Assembly: GCA_964057225.1 (NCBI GenBank)
Contig: OZ059896.1
Coordinates: forward strand, 16,616,001-16,680,000
From: Auanema rhodensis
Taxonomy: Eukaryota; Animalia; Nematoda
Reading direction: 5' to 3'
Length of the DNA: 64,000 nucleotides
Positions 27,250 through 40,154 of the stretch are shown in pieces. A program made the position numbers and the translations under genes. The notes beneath the pieces are model-generated. The model was not told the DNA's origin. It ran no database searches and saw only the letters and a program-made list of their open reading frames with translations. Each line of letters starts with the position of its first letter. The stretch's first letter is position 1.

Positions 27250-28538
27250 CACATTTCGTATTCCAACCTAGTTTTGATATTTTTGGTTTTTATTTTGAGT
27301 CAGGTCTACAAACATTCAGTGTAATCGAATCACGATTATGACGTAGGATTCATCTACTTCACAATCATACTTCATCAGTTTTCGAAATCATTGAGAGATT
27401 AATATGCCGATTATGTTAATAATGCCAACATACATGTCATCTTTCAACAACTTCTGAATTTATTTTCACAGTGCTATTTTCAGATCTTTCGCATCTTTCA
27501 TTATATAATTTAAGATAGTGATACTTATATATAACCCAGTTTAACGCTTAGTCACAAATATCACAAATATTATATTATCCATGAAATTTTTAAAATAACT
27601 GACTTAATCAGTATAGAGGTGTCAAAATGCTTTTTTGTTATTGTTTATACTCATCTAATTAATCACTTTCACATTCTCAAATGTTTGATATCAAGCTAGT
27701 TTAGCATTCTGTTGTACAATTCAGTTCTTCATAGCCTTCTTTATCTCTTCCATCATCTTCCCACTATCTCATACAATACGAATGATTATTTTTCAATCTA
27801 CTGAAAGCGGATTTGCAGTTATCTAAGCATATACATAAGCAAAAGCATAATAGCATTCATTGAAACATCCTTGTTTAGTTTTCATAATTTTCAGATTTGT
27901 ATGCGGTATATAGCAATGTGATGCATTTGTGCTCTTCTTCACTCTTTCTTTTCATTTTTCGAATAACCATCCACTTTTTTTTTAACTTTTTCCTCCTCTT
28001 CCTCATTGTTCCTATTATTTCTGCTCTCTGAACTATGTGGCTTTGCTCTCTTTGTCTTATAGATCTCATCCTAATGAGGAAAAAACGCCAATTAATTGTT
28101 ATGTATAGCTTTATTATTCATTATTTACGGTTACTTATTATGTCTATTATTAATCCGTTGACAACTTACTAAATTTGACAATCTACTTTTATGAATTCAT
28201 TGTAAATATATAAAAAATAATATGCTAAGTATTGTGCTGTACAAATGCTCAGATTATGAATGAAAGCACAAACAAGAAGATCCACAAATTCATATGAATG
28301 CAAATATATCTATATACATCCTTATTGTGGATGCTTCTTTTACAATGACGATCTATCGGAATGTTCTAGATCATGCTTAAACGTGTATGACTTAGTCACA
28401 TCAATAGAATAGTATAGTGAAGCATATTAAACAAATAAAAAAGTGATTATATAAGAAGCAAAACAAATTCTTTCCTAGTAACAACCTCAAGTATTCTCAA
28501 AAAAAAAGGTATGAATTCTTGCTAGCTGTTATGAACGA

Positions 28539-29183
28539 TTATAAATGATGCTGAAGTGAAGGAGAATACTCATGAAGTAACTTCATGTTTTCCATCTTTG
28601 CACATTCTTCGCGAGCTGCTACGATATCGTCGCTAATAGCCTGTTTTAATTCATCTAAAAGCAGTCTGATACAAAGAGAAATGAGTAATCTATTTCAATA
28701 CCTAAACTGGAAAAACTGCGCATTTCTCTTAAATGCCCAATCACCAAACATTCAACTTCTGATCCGTAAAAATCGTTCTCAAATTTGTGTAAGAAATGAA
28801 CTTCCTGAAAATTTTTATTGGTAAAAATAGCAGAAATACGAAAAAATCTTACAACTGTTCGTTTTTCGTTCTGATAATGGGGGTTCCAACCCACACTCAG
28901 TACAACGTCATGAACCTGAATGTTTGTGATTTATTGGAATTCTTGAAAATGCAAGCAATTACCTGACCATTGTTTATCCACCCATATCCAAAATAAACTC
29001 CACACGTTATAGCAGGATCAAGGTTCGCCACAACATCATCATCCATGTTCGCTAAACAAGGAAGTTTTATGATGCATATTAAAAATATAATTCACCTGTT
29101 GGACATCCCAAATCCTTACCCCCTCTTCCAAATCCAGAGACAACTTTGCCTTTAAATTTGAAAAGGATATTAGATTGAGACAT
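28539..29183 (-). CDS. rfk-1: Riboflavin kinase (flavokinase); about 5 exons
   Basis: MSQSNILFKFKGKVVSGFGRGGKDLGCPTAN (GFGRG..LG.PTAN signature), GVYFG, SVGWNPHYQNEKRT, EVHFLHKFENDFYG, HLREMRSFSSLDELKQAISDDI. TTTCAG acceptor 1 nt before the ATG. Confidence 0.95.
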
Positions 29184-29184
29184 G

Positions 29185-29299
29185 CTGAAACCAATTAGGA
29201 GCATTAGTCACCAAATCACAAACCAAAATTAAAAATAGTAACGAAAACTTAACGTAATGTAATCAAAGTTCTATTTTTTAATAACAATAATTCTTTATT
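29185..29299 (-). promoter_or_regulatory. Operon-type intercistronic region (TTI1 polyA signal, U-rich tract, trans-splice acceptor of RFK)
   Basis: AATAAA at 29299-29294, U-rich stretch at about 29250-29210, TTTCAG at 29190-29185; about 100 nt spacing. Confidence 0.7.
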
Positions 29300-29314
29300 A
29301 ACAGATAAAAATAT

Positions 29315-32300
29315 CTAATTCAAGAGACCAGTAGTGGGTTTATGACTAACGAAATCGCTTAATCGTTGAATACAATTTGCAGCAAGAGATCTGATATGAG
29401 GATGAACATGCGGCTTGGTAAAGTTTTCTATTATCGGACGAACATTTTGCCAGTCTTCGTCAGAAATCTCAATTTTTATGAAAACATCGGGTAGCCTGAA
29501 TGTAATATCTTATATGATTATCGTACAGAACTCAAATTATACCCGTTTAGCAATGATTCCAATAGCTTGAAATTTGATGAGTAAGCGAATGAATTCCTAT
29601 TCTTGCTTTCCTTCAGAAGCCATTTAGCCAATTTTGGCCATAATTCGGTTTTTATGCGTTGATAAACAAAGGTGTTAGACAGCATTGCCATTTCGTAAAT
29701 AACCTATATCAAATGTACGAAAATCATTCAAATTTTCCTTCGTTTCCTATGAAATACCTCGAAAGAGACTTTCCAAATTTCTAACTCTTGATCAGAAAAA
29801 CGTTGAATTAATGTTAACCAATTTTGATGGAGGATGGGCAACAAAATATTTTCAAAGTTGCGCAAAAAATGAAGACCTACAAATAGCAAAAACATGAGTG
29901 TTCGAAGAAATAAACAAAACCTTCTTTCAATATTTCAGTTACAACAATTTTTACAGGGACGTGGGGAGAAGATAGAAGATGTTTTGTCCTGAAATAATTA
30001 TATTTAAATTCTTTGTTATATTTTATATATAAATTATTATTACATTTGTAAAATGGATTCTACCGACAGTACTGTAGGCGGGGGAGGTAACCTTTCGACT
30101 TCGACCGGGCCGGGATCATTGATATTATCTTCATCTAGAACTAGTTGTTGTTCTTGATGTTGAATTACAGTTGTTTCATCTGCTAGGTTAGGATACCACC
30201 GATTCATAGCTTTGACGTAAGATCGCAAGGCCCGAAGAACTCCATACGTCCATTCCTTAAACAAAATTCCCATATGAGGCATCACGTTTTCTTCGTACTT
30301 GATTAAAAGATTCTAAAGCTTCTAGCATGGTTTTCGTAATATATTGAACTTGTTCAAACATCCTACAATCGTCAGCAACGTCTAGTAATGCTGATAGCAC
30401 GCAAGGGGCTTGAATGTAATGATCATACGATCGGGATGCTAACGTAATTCTATTCACTAGATAAATAGAATTATCAAGAATATATTCTGAAAGTGTTTTT
30501 CCCGAATTCTGAAATTTAAAACTGTGCCAAGGCTGTGAAAGAGGAAATAACAAAACCTGAGCAAGTTCCTGAACGGAAGCTTCTGCGGCATCACGGACAA
30601 ACCAACTAGGGTGGGAGTATAATTGAAACAACATATATAAACCATTTACCAGTAGCTGAAAATTAATTTTGATTTTTCTGAACAAGTTCAAAAACCTTAC
30701 TTGTAATGATGCCGATCCTTCACTTAATCGCTTGGAACATGTGGTCAAACTACAGATTGTAGCAATAGCTAAGACCGTTTCATTCGGTGGTGCTTGAGAG
30801 CTGTCTAAGTAAATAGAAGGTCACGCATAATATGAATTGATTACAGAACCTCCGATCCGATCATCTCTTCGATAAGCAGGAATATGGATGTTTCTAACTT
30901 CTTCCAGAAATTGCTCAGCACATAAAGATAGAATGTCTTGATCATATGAGCTTTTTTCCTCAAGCTTGTCAATAACGAACAAAATTATAATAGAAAAGGC
31001 GATTTTTCCACTTAAATCACTAGCTCTCAATTCCGAAACGAGCAAATCTATAGCCTTAAACAATTATACTGTATATCAATGTCTTGCATTTTAACAGCTA
31101 CCTCCTCTTTACCGTTTAAAGCAATTTCTGAGCACACAGTTATGACATCATTCATGTCTACTCCAAATTGAACAGGTAGAGATGCCACAATGTCTATACA
31201 ATTATAACTCATCTGACAATACTTACTTTTTACAATATCCCACCTTTCACTGTCATTTCTTTGAAATTTCTTGATACACGAAGACGGTTGATATCAACTC
31301 TAATAACTGCAGCAAATGATCGCAATAATTGAACTACAGGTAAGCTATGAGAAGACACAAGTCTAGCAAAATCTACTCCCAAGCAAGATATTAATGAGCT
31401 CAACTGCATAGAAGAATATGAAACATTATTGTTGTTTCATAATATTACCTGTGAAAATGATGCTGATGTTTGGGTCGCCCGTCTTATTGTTACAGGTAAA
31501 TTGTCAGCTAGGGACGTCATCTTGTCATGCATATACTTTGAAAAGCGTAGACCAGATTGATCCTTGACTTTACCCAATTTTTCATGAACGCTAGTGGCAA
31601 TTCTACATGAATATTTAAAAGGATTTTATAAAGAGTCAATAAGTTCTCTTGTATATAATATGAGAAAAACTCTTAAATAATATTGAATATAAAAAATATT
31701 TGAAATTGAATATATGCCAAAACGTGATAAATTCAACTTTCCATATACTTAATTTTTGAGCTTACAAATTCATTTCGTATAATTTTTTTAGCGGCACGGT
31801 TGAACCGCGTAGAGGTGTCAGAAAAATCTCATGTATTGTGTAAATAGAGTTTGTAATTCATAACATACCTTTCAAACGAATCTCGGCTCATCAATAAAAT
31901 TGTATCAAACACAACTGTATCAAGTGTTATTCCGAAGAAATCTCCGCATTCCTCATACACTTTCATAAGGCATATAAATATACTCTCACGAATTTCAGCA
32001 CTTCTATGAGTACACAAGCGTGACACTACCAAGCTAATCTGAAAAAAATAATTTTTTTAAAATATTGTGCCATAAACCAACTGATGATTGTAACTTTGAG
32101 CGAGCCAGTTCCATCCATTCTCCGTCACGGTTGAGGTTCATGTTCCTGCTAGTCAATTTAGTCGATTTCGGAAATTCTGTGATCGTCATTGCCTGATCGT
32201 TAAAACCATAAATAATAAAATCACCAAAAAGCTGCAAGTATGGGACTAAAACTTATTTTAACTAGACAAACAACCTTAATTGATTGTTCAAGAATAGAAA

Positions 32301-33133
32301 TTTTTTCTGTAGGACTTGAAACTATATTAATAAGCCTCGCGAGTAACCCAGGCATTACTGTACAACATCCTTGCAAATGAAGTTTTTGATCATCAGAAAC
32401 TAATAAAATAATAGTTTTTAAACAATGTAATCTGAATAAAGAATATATTAAGACCATTAAAGATTTCACAACCTGGCTTCAGCATTTTTTGATGTATCCT
32501 CAGCTATTTGAGCACAATAATACACAAGTGCTCCGAAAAGTGGTACTGCATCAGGTGTTCCAAGCCCTAAAGCAACATTGAAGCAAGTGTTAAATGATTT
32601 GAGAACCTTCCCAAGAAGCATTTATACGACTAATCAATTGTATAAACTGATGAATACAATTTGAAAATGCATCAACTTCCGAGTTTACAGTTGGAGTTCG
32701 AGATAATAAACAAGATAGCAATGGTTGTAAATGCTCGTTCCATTTCAATGAGCATTTCCAAAAAGAGAATTGATATACAAATACAGTTCAACATATTTCT
32801 CCTACCATCAGTTCTTGGCGATGACACACAGATGAAATAATTTTATAGAAAGAAATTTCATAGTCAACAAAATTTTGTTTTGTAATTGATGTAAAACAAA
32901 CAATCCGTAAAGTAACCAGAACCGCTGATCTTATAGCATCCCATTCCTCTTGGAGAACATAAGCCGAACTATCTGGCGAAATATGCGATGAAACCCGTAA
33001 TCGTTTTCACAACATTACCTTCTAGAAGTAAAAATATGACGTCTAGAGCATCTTTTATGTTTTCGTCATTTTTTTGGAGTAATAAAAGTTTGTGAAGAGC
33101 AGTCTGAACTCGTTGAAACCATACTCCTTCCAT
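29315..33133 (-). CDS. tti-1: TELO2-interacting protein 1 (TTI1)-like HEAT/ARM-repeat protein; many exons
   Basis: About 3.8 kb of helical-repeat exons. Segments recall TTI1: PGLLARLINIV, LNRDGEWMELARSKL, LLVNGLYMLFQ, EYILDNSIYLVNRIT, KHLLSSP, and (on the minus strand) LLPILHQNWLTLIQRF. The position next to gpa-7 and rfk matches the recalled C. elegans R10H10 cluster. Confidence 0.75.
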
Positions 33134-33714
33134 CTATGTAATTCATTCAATTTATGTCTTAATTTTATTTGTTACAAGATATGTGATTGTGGAAACAAAA
33201 TGAAATTCTGTGAATATATATGTATTTTTATACACATCGATCATCTTAGTCAAGAAAAAAAATAGCGCAACAAAGTTCGCATAAATATGGTTCACGAGCA
33301 CCTTTAATTTCAAAACTTATCTCCGTGTAGAAAAAATTACTTAAGAAAGTTTCAAAGGCACATACATGCACATTATGAGCAAGGCAGACTAATGAGAGGC
33401 AGTAGCAAAATGTACAAAATTAATTCCTACGCCAGGTAATAAATGCTAAACAACTGCTCATCATCAGAGGAAATATGCTAAACTGAAATTATTATGACTA
33501 TTTGTGACAAGACTTGGAACCGAATAAAGTCAGCTATCAAAGTGGGATACAAAATATAGGATTAGATGAAAAGGAAAGGCATATCACAACAGATGGTGAA
33601 GACTACATGGAGAAGTGTGAGTACATTACAAGTTAAACATTAAGTCAATAAATTAAAATATTCTATATCTACTATGTTTAATCAGAGATGATAAGTGTGC
33701 TTCAATCTTAACGA

Positions 33715-35978
<2,264 letters not shown>

Positions 35979-37377
35979 GACTACTGAAGATGGAAATATC
36001 CGTGGTAACAAATAACTTCACCTTGATAACTGGCAAATCATGAACTATAAAAATAATAACACTAGCGAATACATTAAGACAATAACAAATGAGAAATATG
36101 TTTAAATAGTACAAAAAGAGCGTTTCCTAAACAGGAAAAGATATCAATCTATGAAGAACTTAATAAAACATATTTTCGGGCAGAGGTCAATACTGAGACA
36201 AAATGTTTGGAACAATCTTTGTCGGGAACAGACGAAACCTGCGACCACCGGACAGCTGTTGAAAAACTTCGGACAAAACAAAGCATCACTGAATAATATA
36301 AACTGATGAACCCACTCAAATTCGAAAAATGGGTTGATTCAAAACAGCTTAAAACCAACGAAAATGATAGTTTGATATAGGTCAGCAAAAATAAGAAGCT
36401 TTAGTTTCAGAAGAATACAATCTTAAGATATATAGAAAGGTAACAATAAGAGACGAAGGCTGCGCTACAAACGAATAGTGATCGGCCTACTCAAGCACAT
36501 GCACACAAAAGGAATTCAATCGCCGCACAAACAAAACCCAGCGGCAGTGGTCCTCAACGATTGCGCAGACGAGAACACATATAGAGAGTGCAGAAGGAAA
36601 AAGATTTGAATGATAATAAGAAGTGTTTCGTGGTACGTACAGAAAAAAGGTGCTAAAAGCAAAGTAAAATCGCGGCAATAAATTCAGTTATAGGCAAGAA
36701 AAAACTCTATACACTCCTAAGATAATGTTTAAGGCGAATTATAACTAAAAAAATTGACAAATATATTGAATAATATTTTTTTCTATTTAGTCAATATGTT
36801 TTACATCAGTTAAAAAACAAAAAGGGCAGGGTTGGTACAGCAAACTAAGGTGTACAATGTCATTTGTCAGAACAATTCAAAAGCTAGATAGATAAAACTA
36901 TCACGAAAACCTTCTGAAACGAAAACAACAAAGAAAGCAAACGGTAGTTGAACAGATTAAATCAATATTAACAAACAAAAAAAGAAGAGGCTAGGAGAAA
37001 CTAACGAGGCTTTAGATAAAACCATTAAGCATTAAGTGTTACAAATACGTAATCGAAATATTGCGTATCTTAATGACATTTAAAAGTAAAAATTATATTA
37101 TCTCAATTTATTATTAATATAAATTTTGATTTGGAATAAGTTTTATTGATTTCAACCCTGGAACTAAAAAGGCCACTGAAATAAAGCAGTGTGCTATCTG
37201 GGAACTTGTTTGAAAATAGTGTTAAGGAAGAGTAAAAAAATTGTTATAAATATATGGCGATCCAACAACTGAAAGCTAAATCGAATATAATTTAAAAGAC
37301 AATAAGCACAATTTACTTTTTTTCAGCTATGAAAAAACATAATAATGACTTGCAAACGAACTGGAATAAATTAAATT

Positions 37378-39427
37378 ATGAGTGGTTTCGAATATTCACG
37401 CTTCAATAGTAGACTGCATCGATTCGTTCGTTTCATTGGAATGTTACCTCCTATAGAGAAACCTTCAGGTTTGTATATACAATTAATCTTTATCTTTCAA
37501 ATAGAACAAAAATATTTTGCTGCTTGTTCAGAAGATCGTTGGAAACGAGCTAGAAGACGAACCGAACAAACGAAACTTCCGAAACTAGCTACTATTGGAT
37601 TGAGACGAGTATAGTAAAAGAAGAATAGCTTTTATACTAGAAAATTTTTGCTAGAAATTATCGAAGGATCCCATAAGAAATGACGTACTAGTAAGAAATA
37701 TGCAGATTTCGTCTCTTAATATTTCTGGAATTGGAGAATTGAAAGAAGAAAATAGTAACGTGGACGTGAAAAAAACACAACGAAAAAGGTTAGTTCAACA
37801 AAAAATTGTCATCAATATCACATATTAGTTAGTTATATTATTGACATACTAAACAGTTAAAATTTAAAAGCGAGATGCAACCGATTTTCGTTTTCGTACG
37901 TTAAAGAATATGGTGGAACAAGTCTGTCAAGGTTGCCAGACACGTATCATTAGCATATCACGTCTGGTCTACGTGAATCAAATTTTAGTTACATAATATA
38001 GGTAATAGTATAGAAGTTCCAGAAACAGTAAAATATGAAACAAAAATGAACTAACAATGTTAAAATAGTGTAAATTGTAAACATTTTGTTTCAAATAATT
38101 TTTTTTCGAAGAATTGGTTAATCTGTTTCTTTTCAACAATAACAGAATGTTCTTTCAAAAACGAGATTAACTTCAGAACACTGACCATGGGAATAGTAAA
38201 TAATACAAAAATCAGAAAGAATAGTATTGATTCTTCTTCTTTAGATTTTCTACCAGTCATGCAGGTGATGAGTGTAAAAAGATGCATTTCGCTGCTATAA
38301 CCGTAGAGAAAATAATTGAAGAGTAAGCCGAAAGGATTTAGGCTTCGAGTTTTTTTGTATATTTTTCAGACGCATTGAAAGAGTTAAACAGAATATACAG
38401 GAAAAGCGAAGAAACGTGAACGTTGTTGAAGATTTGATGAGGAAGGTAAAAAGGAGACACACCCAGTAGTTGCATGCATAAAGGGCGGTCATTCAGCTTT
38501 CTATTTCTTCCCTTTCTTCCTTTAAAACTTGCCGGAATAGAGAGATGGAAAGGAAGGAAAGGCAAGCTGAGTTTGGGAATTCCAAATTCTGGTCCAAACC
38601 ATGATGACTAATCCCGGAGAAAGAGTGACAAACACCCGCTCACACACACTCACACACACTCACATTCACTGACCAGAGACGCATCACATACATAGAGATT
38701 CAAAAAGGAGCTGGGTTTCCAAATGAAGATGAACAGTGAACATCCGTTTGTGTTTGTGTAGAATCTCCAAGGAATTACGAGAGAATATTATGCTAAGCTT
38801 CATTTTGTTTTAATATGAAAAAGCAGCATCATACATCCGTTTGCACATACTAGATTCACGGCGAAATCTAACTATATTTGTTCAAAATGTTCAGTTGCAG
38901 TACTCGGGACCGGATGCTGAATCGTCTTTTCGCCAGCTCATTGACAAATATGCTAGATCATGTGTCGAATTGAGCAGTATAAACTGTTCCCTGTTTTTGT
39001 TCAAAGCGGATAATGCTAAAAATATGTAAGTATTTTATTCGATAGAAACTAAAATCATCAAGAGAAGAGACAAGATAATTCATTGGTTATAACACATATC
39101 TTTCATTATCGTCTGTTCAAGAACGAGATGTTAAAATCGATTAAATCCATCTAAAAGGATTAACAATTCTTATCGATCTAGCGAAGTATATGAATATGAA
39201 GTAATAACATTTGTTATTAACTATACTAAATATTGTATATTAATATGTTAGAGCCAAATAATTTAAAAATCTAGAAAACATATAATAATAAAATTTTAAT
39301 TTTCAGTGATGAAGCATACAGTTATCAGAATGAAATGAAACGAATCCTAAGTGATATTGAATTGGAAAAACATCGTATTGAATCCTTAAATCGTATACTG
39401 GAATCATTTGAAAAGACGGCCACATGA
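37378..39427 (+). CDS. Unannotated multi-exon coiled-coil protein; C-terminal part resembles a truncated Shroom SD2/ASD2 domain; middle exons ambiguous
   Basis: Phase-compatible 3' exons 38370-38445, 38901-39025 and 39307-39427 with good splice sites, followed by AATAAA. They give ERIERVKQNIQEKRRNVNVVEDLMRKYSGPDAESSFRQLIDKYARSCVELSSINCSLFLFKADNAKNIDEAYSYQNEMKRILSDIELEKHRIESLNRILESFEKTAT*. 5' exons start at ATG 37378 after a TTTTCAG at about 37320. The joins between 37690 and 38320 are not uniquely resolvable. Confidence 0.65.
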
Positions 39428-39869
39428 CACAATAAAAGATATATTTAAGCTTTATTTTCCATAGTTTTTACTTTATTTCGAAACTAAACATTTTATATAA
39501 ATAAAAGATTATGAAATATGGATATAGAAATAAGTGAGTTGTAAATATTATATACCATATCCAAAGTATCAACCAAGGTATATATATGTATGTATATACA
39601 TATATAACATATATAATATGCAAAACAATAATAATAAAACTTTTAAAATAATAAAGCTGAATTTACAGTTTATGTAAAATAGAATTTTCATAATAAATCT
39701 TTATACATATAATTTTATTATAAAATTTTATGAGCGATCAACTACATTAACATGAATGTATGAAGATATTCAGCATTTGTAACAATAAAGTCACAGTTTC
39801 AATCATAAACAAAAGAATCTCATAAAACAGCAAAAACTATTGCTAGGAAACACAACTATGGTTTAGCTT

Positions 39870-40069
39870 TCATATGACGCAGCAGATAACAGATTCTTCA
39901 TTTTCACGCACATCGACCGAAATTCCGGAATCATTAGATTGTGCAGCGCGAAAATGTTTTTTCATTGAGCGAAGACGTCCGACAGCTCGAGCTGTTCGAC
40001 TAGGAGCTACTCGGAATGTATCCACAATCTAAAAATATACATACAAAATATTTGAAAACATTAATATAA

Positions 40070-40154
<85 letters not shown>

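Noticed and set aside
27531-27552. TAACCCAGTTTAAC resembling an SL2 leader
   Set aside because: Lacks the 5' GGTTT, the AG|GT donor and an Sm site; lies in the gpa-7 3' region.
33134-33175. AATAAA just upstream of TTI1 ATG as an SL1-type operon junction
   Set aside because: More simply explained as lying inside a 42-nt GT-AG 5' UTR intron.
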